Assembly (NCBI GenBank): GCA_038496445.1
Contig: JALMLS010000440.1
Location: forward strand, 255,197-319,196
Source of the DNA: Trichosphaerium sp. ATCC 40318
Lineage: Eukaryota; Protista; Tubulinea
Direction of reading: 5' to 3'
DNA length: 64,000 nucleotides
Below the pieces are notes generated by a model that ran no database searches, was not told the DNA's origin, and worked only from the letters and a program-made list of their open reading frames with translations. Positions within the stretch are counted from its first letter, which is position 1. Each line of letters starts with the position of its first letter. Shown piece after piece: positions 1-13,786 of this stretch. Made by a program: the position numbers and the translations under genes.

Positions 1-298
1 AACTTTGAAAGTATACTGAGAGCAAAGAGATGTTTTAGTGGACGTTAGACCTGTTACCAACAAAAAACGACATTTTGTTAGCCATTTTTCAGGTTGTACA
101 CAGTCACGTATCTTATGGACTTCAACACAATTAGTCATTCCTTTTTTATCACTTTGAAACGCTTCCCATGCTTATTTTAGACATCTATTCAATACCCAGG
201 GTTGTTTAAAAAACACGTGACTCCCGAAAAAAGTCATAACATTTTAGCTCTTTTTAGATATTTTTTTGGTTGTTTTTGTTATTCACGTGCGCTTATAA

Positions 299-1003
299 AT
301 GTATCGATATTTACTTGTTTTTAAGCTCTCTGGTTCTCATACTCCCTTTGGATTTTGGCACGATATCGCTTCTAGAGTAAACGTATTTACAGGGCTTAAA
401 GTGATTGAGTTTAATAGCGTTGAATTAACTAATTCTGGTCTGAGATCACTACAAGGTGTAAAGACATTAATACTTAATCAATGTAATTCAATATCCGATG
501 GAGGTCTAAGATGTCTTCAGGGTATCCGTACGCTAGTTATATTTGGTTGTCAAGGTATCACACATGAAGGTATATCACCAATGGCTCAAAGTTTACATGA
601 ACTAAAACTCAATAATTCGGCAATTTGTAATGACGGTCTCGAAGACATTATCAAACAAGCAGTTAAGTTACAGACCATTACACTTGGTGAAAACAATGGA
701 ATTAATACAGGGTGTGTCCACGCGCTTTCAAATATACATACAATTCATTTTGAGTGGAGTGATTGCGTTAGAGATCGTGTGATGCATTTTCTTTCAAAAG
801 TTCATACAATCACTTTTAATCAATGTGCACAGTTGACTCCACGTGGTATTTCAAATCTATCTGGAGTTCAATACATTCGTTTAAGGGATTGTTATCTTGC
901 AGGAAATGGTAGTGTATTGGAGTCTGACTATTCAATAATTACAAAAGACGAGGGAGGGTTTAAAGTAGTTGTACTTACTCGTAATACCAAAGATGATTGG
1001 TAG
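299..1003 (+). CDS. Intronless leucine-rich-repeat protein (cysteine-containing LRR type)
   Basis: 234-aa ORF with repeated units such as LQGVKTLILNQCNSISDGGLRCL and LQGIRTLVIFGCQGITHEGI; AATAAA follows the stop. Confidence 0.8.
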   Translation: MYRYLLVFKLSGSHTPFGFWHDIASRVNVFTGLKVIEFNSVELTNSGLRSLQGVKTLILNQCNSISDGGLRCLQGIRTLVIFGCQGITHEGISPMAQSLHELKLNNSAICNDGLEDIIKQAVKLQTITLGENNGINTGCVHALSNIHTIHFEWSDCVRDRVMHFLSKVHTITFNQCAQLTPRGISNLSGVQYIRLRDCYLAGNGSVLESDYSIITKDEGGFKVVVLTRNTKDDW

Positions 1004-1089
1004 TAGTCTTCTGCTTTGATGTGAAGTACAAGAAATAAATAGATTTTTAGCACAAGTGTTCGCGCACTGGCTTGCCTCTATTTGCTACT

Positions 1090-2436
1090 CATGTTCTAGC
1101 TTTTCAGCTTGCTTTATTATAACTTAGCATAGGACTGTATATGACTCTTGTGTCCTTTGGTACAGAGACTAATAATAAACCAAATGCTGTTAACTTTTCT
1201 TGAAGTTTTATTGAACAGGTCGAATAGTCCTCGTGTTTCTTTCCAGTGCGAAGTTGTTTAAAGGTATAGCTACATGACTGGAGACAATCTTCTTATACAT
1301 TGATCTCTATCAGGAGGCATGGTTGGAGGTTCAGGTTGTACAAAAAGCATTGAAGAAATACTGTCAACAAGGAAAGGAATTAAACTAAAAAAAGTGATAT
1401 CCTCTGTACTGATATCCAAAGAAAAATAATTTACATTCGAAATCCCTATAATTACATTATCCGAGATTGCCGTCATGTCTAAGTGTACCAATAAAAAGTA
1501 AGAACAAGCAAGAAAAAACAAAGAAAAACGTAAATAATCTAAAAAAACATGTGCTTACCGAAAACACCTAAGGATGGTGCAGGAAAGTCCAATAGCTTCT
1601 CAAGGGCACAAGTAGATAAAGTATAAATACCCAATTTTTGACGTCCAGCAATGTACATTTTGTCTCCAACTATCTCCACTGGGTAACAGTAATTAGCAAT
1701 GATTAGGTCCGGACATAGCATAAATTGTTTTACAAAAAATTCAATTTACATCACAGTTAGTTCACTACAAATTGCAGGTTCAAATGAACGCTTGTGTGTA
1801 TTGTCGCAAGAGCCAACAGACTAAAGCGAAATAATAACGAAGCTTGGCACTTTCCAAATGGCACCCAATAAATACTGAAGTTGTTTTTATAAACTCCGTA
1901 CATGCTGGTGTGGTTCCAATTTGTGATATATCCACTTCACAAACAACCTCAGTAAAGTCACAACCTGTAATCTTACGAATAGAAGTCCCAATAATGCCAT
2001 ATATTTCTTGTGTATCTCGTCTCGCTGCCAAATTAATAGTAACACCAGTAGCAGCACAAAACAGCTATATGAACAGAAAATAGTTAGTTCAGACATGAAT
2101 ATTTAAGTACTACGGTAATTAATACCTTTTCATCACATGTGAACGGATCTACATGTACAATCTCATCAAACGGTTTTAAAACAAGTGTATTTGTTGATCG
2201 TAAATAAGTCATAGAATTTGGCTGATTAAAGTTTGAGCAGGCTAAAGTGAGGTGGTTATAAGCATCATAATAAAGAGTAGAATAATATTACTTTGTAAAA
2301 TGACATTTATATCACTCATTGATCTTATCTCGAACCCGCCAAGGTTGTGGTTAATTATATAAGCATCAGTGACTTGTCCGAGTACTGTGTAGGTTGTATA
2401 CAAAAATAGGTAGAATAAGATAGCTGTAGCCTTCAT
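1090..2436 (-). CDS. Multi-exon secreted Cys-containing hypothetical protein
   Basis: Signal peptide MKATAILFYLFLYTTYTVLG; several minus-strand ORF pieces flanked by GT..AG; 3' end approximate. Confidence 0.5.
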
Positions 2437-4125
2437 TTTGTGATGGTTACAACTTATTAACTACCTACTTACCTTATACTACAAATCTCGTAAAATCACG
2501 TGTGATTTTTCTTTTCACGACATTCTCGTCGCTCTTAACTCTATAAACTCCGAATCATTGAAGTGCTCAAATAATCTGTTTAAAACATTTTGCTACCACA
2601 ACAGCTATAGAATTACAGAGGTTGGCTATGGTTAACAAACTGTAAGCAATTGTAAAATACAATATGATCACTAGTTTCGTTTATGCATACATTGTTTGTT
2701 TCCCAAACACTGGTGTAGTGATGTACCTACCATAGATTAATATAAATTAATACAAGATTCCGGTACCTATGTATAGCCTTTAGGCAGGTAAGGCAAGCAA
2801 ACTTGTATTCTTTTGGCTTGGTACTTAGAACTTTGTCGAAGTGATAGCTTAAAAAGCCAACAAGCAATGGCTGTAACTTGCGTACCAGGTGTGACTAACC
2901 AATCTGAACCATACATACTGATCATCTGCTGAGGCGCAAGGATCATGTGGGAAATCCCAAAACTGTGGTAGTAGTCACGTGTACCAATCTCAGGAGCGAT
3001 TTTCATCACAAAAAAAGTGCATTGACAGAAGTGTCAGATCTTGCTAGATCTGCTAAAAGTGCTAGAAACTCACTTAGCCGTTGGGTATAGCGACTTACTT
3101 TGTGATGTATGGTTGCACGTTATTACCTTACCTAGCCTAGTAAACTGGTATCTGGTATCACAGTTTGCTTCAATGAGGGTTCACTGGATAGTATAATAAA
3201 GTTTGCTTACAGGCCTAATATTTTGCCAAAACGTTGGAAATTGTTCTACTAAAATTAATACAAGTTTTCGGATAGGTTTTCTGTTGCTCTGCAACTTACT
3301 CCTTCGCCTACACCTGTATACGAAAAAAGGCAAAATTAAAAAAAAAACCAAGTGTCTTGGTTCTATTTTCAAAATGTCATGTTCAGTAATTGTATCATGT
3401 GCGCCCTACAAAAAAGAAATGTCAAAATATTTCCATGGCCACCACGCAATTTGTTCAAAATGACTCAAGCTTAAAAACCCAAAGTCGTTCAACTTCCCTA
3501 CTACGAAAGACAGAAATTATGGGACGGCATAGGGTGTAATTCTGAATTTTTTCCCGTTGGTCAACATGCTTGGAATTCTGGTATATAATAGGAGGATTAT
3601 TGAATAATTTTTGAGCAAATACCAGGTTTTTAACAACAACACAGAAGATCGAAAATCATGCTACAAAAACCTCGTAGTTATGTGTTTTACATTAATGGTT
3701 GAGCTTTTTATAACATGATTTTTGGTGTTTTTTCGATAAAAAAAAAACAAGTTCTAAAATTAAACCACAAAGATGAGTAAAGCATCTCATATATTACGCA
3801 ATGAATCCGAGCTCCATGAGTCTATTTGGGACATGCTGGGGTTTCCAAAAGCGTTCTAAAATGTCAGTTGATTAAATGGGAAAAAAGCGATGTCCTTTTG
3901 GTTTGAGTTATCCTTTTTGGAGAACGTGTCACAATATTCTACGTTTGTTAGATATAGATTAGATTTAACTTTAACTCGTATAAAGGCACTTTCTTGTCGT
4001 AGAGATTATCTTATTGGACAGAATATGTACTTGAACAACACTTACAGAGAGCAAAACAGTTTTAACTCTCCAGGAATGACGTCTTTAGTTGCAGTATATG
4101 GGCATACATCCTAGTATTGGCAGTC

Positions 4126-4201
4126 ACTCACAAACATCCTTCTGAAGCACATTTTTTATAACTGTTGGTAAAAAATGTGCTTCAGAAGGATGTTTGTGAG
4201 T
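4126..4201. repeat. Perfect 33-bp inverted repeat with a 10-nt loop
   Basis: actcacaaacatccttctgaagcacatttttta (4126-4158) is the exact reverse complement of 4169-4201. Confidence 0.95.
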
Positions 4202-4547
4202 TGATTGGGCCCTTAAGAGTGGAAAAACAGTTTGCCGAGTGTCTAACTACTCCGAGGCACTCCGAAACGGAAAAGTCTTTTGATGTTGTTAATGCGTAGT
4301 TCTCAACTACGTTAAGATGGCATTAGCGTACAAAAGTAGTAAATATTTTTCGCGGGCTCGGGCTAATTACGTCACAAATGCTGCAGCAACGCCTATTTTG
4401 TCAAGAAGTAGTTTGACTGCCTTTTTGGCGTTCTGTAACATAGACATCATTTTAGTTAGAGCTAACACTTCGTTTGTTAAATTTGTTTAATAAGATTAGG
4501 TTGTGATTTGATAAGTGATGTTCCGAAAAGATTTTGGTGTGCTAAGA

Positions 4548-6666
4548 ATGAAAAGAGTAGCTACTGAAGTTTTTTTACTGCTGGCTTTCTGCCTGAATAT
4601 TAGCGCCACTCTCGTAGTTATAGACAGCAATGAAGAACCTATGGAGCTTGCTCCAATTAAATTTAGAAAAAATTCTATCACGTGGAACTTTACAGGCGTT
4701 GTATTAGTTCCAGAGACTGCTACGAACTTCTCAGGCAAGTAAAGGCGGAATTGCCAATGACGTGCCTGTAATTCTAAGTTCTGTTTTACAGGCAAACTGG
4801 TGATGCTAGCTGAGCGTGGAGAACCTCAAGAGCCACTTTTAATGCGCATTCAAAGAGGTGGAGCTTTAGGAATTATATCAAGGACAAAGGCGCCTGGGAA
4901 AGGAGAATTTGAGATACATTTTGGTAACGATGACATTTTCGTGAGTATCGAAGACATTTTCTACTCTCATACAGCGAGGGGTATCCCGACTCATAAAACT
5001 TAAACTGCCTAAAACCTTGGCACCACATAATAGATAACAACATTATAAGGGGCAATATCTTTTTTCTTTTTCTTTGCGCGAGATTTAATCGCCAAACTCC
5101 TTGTGGTATACAGATTGAATGCACTTCAAACACTATGTGGCGCCCGCTACCAATGTTTCAAGAAGCAGTTTAAGTTGTACGAGTCGGGATACTCCGCTGT
5201 ATCAGGAGGTAGATTTGGTTGAAAAACACGTGTTTTTTGTAATGAGGGTATTTTTAGATTCCTCTTGGTGAAGTTGATGCTAGTTTTGATTTTGATCTTT
5301 TGGTCGCTAATGGATCTTTTCTTGTTGATGCTATACCTGACGGTAATGTATGGGTGGATACACTGGGTAGTAGTTGGATGATTGTATGGCTCGTAACTAT
5401 TATTACCGTCAACTTCAGTGCACTTGGATACGCATTGTACACGTGCGTAGTAATTAAAATATGCGATTATTGTTTACCAGTCTTCATAGGTTGTATCTCC
5501 TTAAGGTATATGAGCGTTGTCATATCAAGTCTGTACCGATAGTATGTGTTGTTTTGTCAATGTTCGCTATTATATGTCGTCTTATACTGCATGGCACGTA
5601 GTTGTTTTTTAGTATCTTTAAGCTTGCTAACCTATTGTTTCAAATAGCTGTCGACCCTTTTGGTAGCTTTAAAGTTTATCCCTTTTTTATTGTGAGGTCT
5701 GCGTTTACTATTAGTTTGACATTCTCGTGCGTCCAATCATAAACAAAGGCCACTATCTAATTTATTCATTAGTGTAACTTGTTCGGTTTTGGTGGCTTTG
5801 TTCTGGTACTGTGTAATGAAACTAAACTACTGGAAACTAACAAACAGATATAGGCATCAAGTTCTCGCAAGGAAAGATCTCAAAGTTAGGAACTATTTGA
5901 CAAAAACTCAATACGTTTTCTACGGATACTTTGCTGTACTGATGCTCATTACCCTCTTTAACTCAATGGCTCCATTTATCTCGGATAAGAGAGGTTTTTC
6001 TACGGTTTCCTCTGCACTTCTTGTACGCGTCATTCAATCTATTTATAGAGCTTTAGATTTCTCAGTCTCTGTAGGTCCTCACAATACTTGCAGCGTTGAT
6101 ATACTGCCTCGTTATCGCGGGTATTATTTTGGCAAAGCTGAGACTTGGTGTAGAAGATGGTCAAAGTAGGAAAATGGCTTTGAAAGTAAGCGGAAACAAC
6201 CCGATACACTTTATTAAATGGTTTTTTGTAGGTACTTTATCGAATACTTGTTGTTGGAGCTTCGAGTTTTGCTATTCTGTTTTTCTTTGGGCTTTCAATT
6301 ACTTCTGTTTCAGATAACCCTGTAGGTTATGTAATCGTATGGTACTCTTTCTTTATGTTTAGCTCTGTACTTGACTTGGTACGTCGTTTTAAAAGTCACG
6401 TGATACTACAAGAGCTGCCCTCTTTTTAAAGAATACTCGCCATGTTCATGTACATGTAGTTCTAAGGGTGACATGAAAGCTTTTCAACTGCAACAGTATT
6501 CGTTTTTCTAATTCTTTTTGTTTAGCTACAGATTTGGATGGTACAGAAGTCTCAGCAAAAGACAACAACTAGCTTTTCTAACAAGAGCGGAGACAAAAAT
6601 AGTACAATTCCCACCAAGACTAAAGACGTTGTAGGGTCACCTGAAACAACTCTTGTACTTACTTAA
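4548..6666 (+). CDS. Multi-exon membrane protein: signal peptide, extracellular domain, about 7 TM helices, Ser/Thr-rich tail (GPCR-like)
   Basis: MKRVATEVFLLLAFCLNISA signal; successive hydrophobic exons from about 5370 to 6530; last exon LQIWMVQKSQQKTTTSF...TTLVLT*. Confidence 0.65.
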
Positions 6667-7428
6667 ATAAAACTGCCATACAAGTTGAAACTTCGTTTTC
6701 TCACTTTTGTTAATGAGCAACAAAAATACAAACACTTAATTACTATTGTTGTTAGACACCACTTCGAGATTATTAGAACTAGCCTCAAGTGAGAGCTACC
6801 TTGTTTTGTAAGCAATCGCGACGATTACAATATAGATGTTCTGATTTCTAGATAATTTCGCGGATGGTTTTTAGCTAATACCGTGATTTTCTTGCTCAAT
6901 GGAGCTATGAATGGTCTAGTGCGCTCTTTTCAGTGTCAGGCTACATGTTTTGACACTGTCATTTTGATTGGTAGACGGTTTTTTCGAGTATTGCCTTTTG
7001 TTTTAACAACGAATGATGTCGACATTTTTTTTTTTGTCACGTGATTTTTGATTTTAAGGTGTTTTGCTATGTAGGTCGTAAAGCGCGGCGAGTTTGGATA
7101 CGAGAAGGAAATATTGATACAGATATTGGGTCTCTTGTGGCTGATATTTACTTCAATGATACTACTACGAACGGATACGTAATAGAGCGTTGGGCTATTT
7201 ATTCGGTTCACATATCCAAACTTAATTTATTTTTATTTTCAAATATCACAACATCTCCAGTGTCGCCAAAGGAAAAAAAACACTTGTCACGTGATAACAG
7301 AGTCGCACATTACATAACTTGTGTACTACAAGAACTTTCTTGTGCACTCTTATGTAAAAACATGTCGAACATTCTTTACACTTTTCAAACAGCACCTTTC
7401 GTGACGACTTTCCTTCTTCAACTCTAAT

Positions 7429-10400
7429 ATGGAATTAAAGTGGTTATGTATATTTCTTACGTTGTATCTCACCGTATTAGCACACCCTGGGTATATCTAA
7501 CTAACATTAAAAATAAGTAACGCTTTCTCTTAGATACCGCTCTACGCCCTTTGCACCAGCAGGATTCGATTGTGCTGCGCGTAAATTGGCGTACAAATAC
7601 GCATTACAACAGCAAGGCTTTAGAGGAAACTTGAAGTACGCCTAGTTTTACACTTCCGGTACTCAAACTGACACCCCTGACAGGTCAGTATTCGATGCTC
7701 TTGAACTACACACTCTATGCGGTGTACCGGACATTAAGGATATCAAGGCGAAACCAACACGTGCTTTTGGGTCTTCAAAAGCAGAAAAAAAGTTTTTTGT
7801 TTCGCCAACAGGGTATAAAACACGTGGCAAATTGTGGAACAATATTTTTATCCGGAATCTCAGTTTTCCGCATATGCCTTTCATCTCTGAAGGTCATCTA
7901 ATACAACTTAGGTCTGACAGTAATCCTGGGACGCTAGAGAAGCCTTTCAGGACAATAAATGAAGCTGTTGTCAAAGCTAGAAGCATTTCTGGAGGCGTTG
8001 AGATCTTATTGAGGGAGGTACATTAAACAAATACTGTGATTCACTCTGTTTGCTGAGTTGCTTACAAGGGCGTATATTACCTTCAAAAGACGCTGTCTCT
8101 ATCTACCTCGGATTCAGACATCACCTTTGCTAGCTACAACAGTACGCACAGTTCAAAGTACATGTTCCTGCTTTAATGCATTCATGCCTAGACGAAAATG
8201 CTGAGATAAACGGTGGTATTCCTCTTCCAGATCTCACCTGGAAGCCTTATAAAGTAGATAAAACGATGAACATTTACGTAGCTGATTTAAGCAGTTACAA
8301 TATTACAACGCTTCCTGGGTTCAGGTATGACTAGGCATATCCTTCGTTGATTGTTTATGCTGATCACTTTCTTCACAGGGTAAACGGTAGGAGAGCAATC
8401 CGTGCTCGGCATCCAAATGCAAATCCAGAACTAGATATATTTCCAACTGGTTGGATTAGTTCAGTGAGTCATTCTATACCTCAACAACGGCTATTTAGCC
8501 ACGTGTATATAAAGATCTGCTAATATTTTTTACTAGGCACAAGAGTGGCTTGCACCAAAAAAATATGCTCCAGCAACAACACAAATTAACAAAGAATACT
8601 CAAGGACATACCAAACAGAGTTTCAAGTAAGTTAACGAAAAGAAAGTTGTAAAAAAACGCAGTACTTGCTGTGTATTTCCTAGCTAATATTTGTAGAACT
8701 GGACCATTGGTATTGATGGAGCATGTTCTATATATACACCTCCAGAAAGTTATTGGTGTTCTAGCGCTCTTTCTGGTGGCGGTGCTGAGCCATTCAAACT
8801 GCCATCTGGTGTGGTGTACAATGAAAACACCTTTTCAAGTAAGTCTCGTGCTCAACCCTTAGTTTTACTAACTTACTCTTCCAAGATGGTCCATGGGCGG
8901 ATCCTTCGGATGCTGTATTACACGTATTTAGACCTAATCATTGGTCACTGTACGGGAATTTTTTAAAAACCGTGTTCGGACTAACGACTTAAAAAGGTGG
9001 ATGTTTGAACTTGCTTCTTATGATGCAAAGACACGAACAATAAAGTTCGGAAAAGGCGGTTTCCAGGTTCTCCTTGTTTTAAAACAATCCGTATATTAAT
9101 CAACTATTAAAGGGAGCACGTGGAAATAATAAAGGAGCTGATTGGTACATCGAAAATGTGTTCGAAGAGTTGGACTATCCAAACGAATATTACTTCAATA
9201 CTACAACAAAGCAACTGTACTTTTTCTTCAATGGTAGGGTGTCAAACACTTTCGCTCGTGTACTCATATTGATCTCTTTTGTATAGGGACCGGAGCACCA
9301 CCAAGTGATACAAAGTTTGAAGCGACTAATCTCAAGACTCTTATTAGTGTAGTCGGTACTCAACAAGATCCAGTACGAAATGTGGCTTTCAAAGGGCTTC
9401 ATTTCGCGAATACTGCATATACTTTTATGGACCCTCATGGCGTCCCATCAGGTAACTGCTTGTTCAAGCGCTCAATCCTTAATATTAAAATTTAGGCGGT
9501 GATTGGGGACTTCAAAGAATGGGCGCAGTTTTCTTACAAGGAACGGAAAAAGCTACAGTTTCATCTTGTCATTTTGAAGGTCTAGACGGAAACGCTCTTT
9601 TCTTGTCTGGCTATGTAAGGAACACAACTATATCTAAAAACGAGTTTGTATGGATTGGTGATACTGCAATGGCTGCGTGGGGTTTTACAAAAGGTATAGA
9701 TGGTACAGACGGTAGGCAGCCTCGCTATACCTTAATCGAAGAAAACTTGATTCATGAATACGGTATTTGGGAAAAACAGTCAGCAGCCTGGTTTCAAGGA
9801 AAGGCTTGCCTGACAACTATAAGAGGTATCTCCTCCACTGTCACATTATTTCTTTTCATGACGTTATAATCACTATACTCATAGGTAACATATTCTTTAA
9901 TGGTCCGAGAGCTGGTATCAACTTTAATGATGGATTTGGAGGTGGAAACGAAGTCGCACGTGATAAAATAAAATGTCGCACCCTCTTTCCTAATTTTTTC
10001 TTAATAATAGACAGAAAATTTGCTGTTTAATCAATGCAGAGAGTCTAGTGACCATGGTCCGTTCAATTCATGGGATAGACAGGTTTGTAGATAAGTCAAA
10101 TGAATTTAAATGCTAACCAATTTCTCAGCCATTCTTAACGAAGGTTGCCACTGGAAAACCTTCATTGATACCTGCTTACAACGAAATACATAGAAACTTC
10201 ATTATTGGTAACTACGGGTACTGTATTAACTCATACACTTTTGTCATTCATTAATATCTTTAGGTCTTCTATGTGCGTTGATAATGATGACGGAAGCTCT
10301 TGGTACAAGATACATGATAACTTTGAAGTATACGGAGGACACAAGAGTAATTTTGGAGGACACAACAAATTCACTTACAACTCCTTACAAGCTTACGTAC

Positions 10401-10897
10401 AATTATACGGTGGACAATGTTTAGGAAGTAAAAGCATCGTATGTCGAAGCTTGTTCCTCTATCCAAGCTAAATAAGTTTTTGTAGGATAAGGCTGGGTAT
10501 GTTGAAGGGTACTGGAACAACACGTGCATCCAATTCATTACAACTCCATACATTGACATATACCATTGTGATCTAAATGCCAAAGACGTACATCAACACC
10601 TTAACTTAACCCTTCAGTTAAGTCTAACTCCTATGCTTTCTAGACCTTACCTAACACTTACAATAATACGATTTATAATAAGCTTGGTAAAGCAGAGGTT
10701 AGATGTACTAAAACAGAATATGACTTAGCTCAGTGGCAAAAACTAGGATTTGTACGTGTTGTTAACATTTCGCTTGGTTCTTTGAACCGTTTCTTAATGT
10801 TAAATACCTCTAGGAGCAAGGGACGAAAGTTTATGAACTTCCAACTAACGCTCAAGTTATCGCGTGGGCACAAAAGCTTTTGTCGATTGAAGACTAA
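7429..10897 (+). CDS. Secreted right-handed parallel beta-helix (pectin-lyase fold) protein, more than 20 exons
   Basis: Signal peptide; motifs GSDSNPGTLEKPFRTI, WYIENVFEELDYPNEYYF, PSGGDWGLQRMGAVF, FNGPRAGINFNDGFGGGN, RESSDHGPFNSWDRQ, DNDDGSSWY. Confidence 0.8.
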
Positions 10898-11401
10898 ATA
10901 AATACATGGATTTTGAGCTTGTTTCAAAATCGGAATGTTCCTTTCATACGTACCAAATAATAGTTCAGTAATTCTCTACATTTGCTTCGCATTTACCTTT
11001 ATATTTTGTAAGGCTGTACGCTACTTTTATATTCTAAAAACTCCACTTCTTGTTGAACTGTAGGTATAAAGCATTCCATCTCTCTTCGAGAAAGACCGAG
11101 ACGCCGAATCACTCCCGAAAGTGTCGGACTTAGTAATCATGTCACGTGATGGAGAAATATTTTCGTTGAACTTCCTTGTGTTTTGTATTTGCTGTTATGA
11201 TTAGTGTTAAAAACAAGCATTGGTAGTTTTAGAAGAACTACTACTTAGCGCATCATGTTACATCATGGTATACTTCTGCAGTTTAAGCGAAAATATGTTT
11301 AAGGCTACTTTGCTGAAGCCTTTAAGACACTCCGAAAATCATCATTATACAAAAACAACACTAACAGTAAACCTAAAATATCACTACTATAACAAACAAA
11401 C

Positions 11402-12367
11402 ATGTCTGATAAGGATAAGAAATCAAAGAAAGACAAGGTACTAAACAACATTACTTCTTTGTTAAACATCAATTCTGAGCAAGTAGTATCAAAACAACCT
11501 CAAAATAGCCTCAAAATACAAGGCTATTGACGGAGCTTTAATTAAAACGTGAATGACACGTGCTATTTTTATTTTATCGATTTCGCCTGCACTACCACTT
11601 ATAAAATCGGGCTAAACTCCGGAGTGTTTTGAGCAACGTGTACAGACGCTCTTTTTTTTTCTCCTTTTTTTTTTCTTATCTTTTTTACAGTCAACACCAA
11701 TACAGACAAGGGGACACTACTTCGGGCCTGATGCTATTGGAGGCGTGTACGGCGATTTAAAAACTCTTAAAGATGGGGTGGACAGTAGCGATACTGTAGT
11801 TGCTCCTGTTGGGTATTGGTACGATAAAACTAAAATAAATAAGCACAAGTATTCTTTCTTACACTTATAGGCCCTTCCACTTGTTTAAAACTGCAAGTCG
11901 TGCTTCTCCAGAATACGGATTTATAATGATATACGCGCAGAAAGATGGTGACCACGTTGACAATGCTCTTATGGTGATTTATGAAGGAGCAAAGGGTACT
12001 AAGCCAAAAGTCAAGTACAAGTATTTAACAAAGACTGTGTTAGGTCCTATTGGACAACCAACTCATTGTATTCCTCTTATTCTACGAGGTGATAAACAAT
12101 GGACAATGGGTAAACTATCAAACAAGACTTCAAAAGATCAAGTAAGATTATATGCACGTGATCCAGACGGCAAAGGTATGAACTTTATTAATTTTATGAC
12201 ATCCTCAAAATGTCTGTTCAGGAACAACTCCATGCTTTGGTGTTGGTAGAAAGCACTTGAATGAATTTGCACATCTACTAAAGCCTTATGTTCGTGTAAT
12301 TACAAAGGACAGAAAAAAGCAGCTTGGTGTTGCTTTAGAAACATTTGATGATCCCTCACTTCAATGA
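11402..12367 (+). CDS. Hypothetical protein, 4 exons
   Basis: MSDKDKKSKKDK splices through canonical GT-AG introns into ORF 11881-12176 and a final exon ending ...ETFDDPSLQ*. Confidence 0.6.
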
Positions 12368-12654
12368 GCTATAAAGTGTTTGAACACCCAATAAATAACA
12401 ACTATTCAATGTCTTAGCACTTTTTCAATATGACAGTTCACTGGCGCTTTATGTATGTCTCTACCATTATCTCACAAGCTCAACCAAATGGTGTATTATG
12501 ATGATTATCTTTATTTTGAATCAAAACACTAGTAAAAAGATAGTGGAACAAATGTGATCATCTCTGGCTTTCATGTACTATTTTGGTGGTGCAACTGTCG
12601 GCGAGTATATTTCAGACTTACGAGTTGGTGATAAAAGGTATAAAAGGTGTTTTT

Positions 12655-13287
12655 TTATGGTTTTTGTCGAAAATCCAAACCTGATAACTTGTCCCGTATA
12701 ATTTTATGAACACCCAAAAGTGATTTCATACCTTCATATGTAATACCTTCATAACAATGGCTGACATCAATAGTATGAACACCTAATAGTGACTTTATGC
12801 CTTCATCTGTAATACCCTGACACCACCTGAGATAAATACTATGAACACCTGAAAGTGACTTTATACCTTCATCTGTAATACCACCGCAACCACTGAGGTT
12901 GATTGAATGAACACCTGAAAGTGACTTTATGCCTTCATCTGTAATACCCTCACACCAACTAAGACATATTGTATGTACACCAGAAAGAGATTTTAGATCT
13001 TCATTTGTAATAACCTTACACTCACGGAGATCAATGGTATGAACTCCAGCAAATCTTGTTAATGTGCCTTCATAAATGGGTAAGATTCTGATTTTTGTAT
13101 GCCTTAGAGTGCTACTATGTTTTAATAGCACTTCTGCTTGTTCTACAGATGAAATTGTAACACTGTCGTATCCAACAATATCATGAATGATGGAAGCGAG
13201 ACAACGGCACGTTTGGCAAGCTTTAAATCGTGCTTTTGTTGTTTGTCGTAAAATATAGGCTAATATCTCTGTAGGTAACTCCAGCAT
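12655..13287 (-). CDS. Intronless F-box/LRR protein
   Basis: F-box-like MLELPTEILAYILRQ...ACQTCR; four to five near-identical 25-aa repeats SLSGVHSIxLxxCxGITDEGIK. Confidence 0.85.
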   Translation of the reverse strand: MLELPTEILAYILRQTTKARFKACQTCRCLASIIHDIVGYDSVTISSVEQAEVLLKHSSTLRHTKIRILPIYEGTLTRFAGVHTIDLRECKVITNEDLKSLSGVHTICLSWCEGITDEGIKSLSGVHSINLSGCGGITDEGIKSLSGVHSIYLRWCQGITDEGIKSLLGVHTIDVSHCYEGITYEGMKSLLGVHKIIRDKLSGLDFRQKP

Positions 13288-13786
13288 TGGTGCGCTTGCA
13301 AGCGGGATGTTAGAGGATAGATAGGAGTAATTTAAATTACCTTTGATGTACAGTGAGTGTATGTTGTTTTGACATGTTTAGTGTTGTTAAACAATCAGTC
13401 TAAACACGTGAAAACTTTGATCTCAGTCTTATTTTGACTCAGCTTTGACCAAGTGATTTAAGCAGTAAACAGACGAAACCAATCCGATGCTTGTGTTGTA
13501 CTATATACATAACGCGAAATGTGCTCGAATAAAGTCAAGTGAACAACAGTTCCTGAACTATTCTAATTATGTGTTGCATAGCCTGACAGTACTATCCATA
13601 CATCAGTGTTTACACTTCTATCTGTGTATAGCATTTACTTCCTGCAATACCTACCACGTGGTGATGGCCTGAACAACTTTAAGTTAGTCTGTATGAAACT
13701 AACCTTATTACACGTTTTACATTTTATTTTTAGACTACACGTGACATAAGTGTATAGCATGTATTCATTCCAAAACAAACCAGACT

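Noticed and set aside
2767-4114. Short ORFs in the 2.5-4.4 kb intergenic region
   Set aside because: No recognisable motif or consistent exon chain
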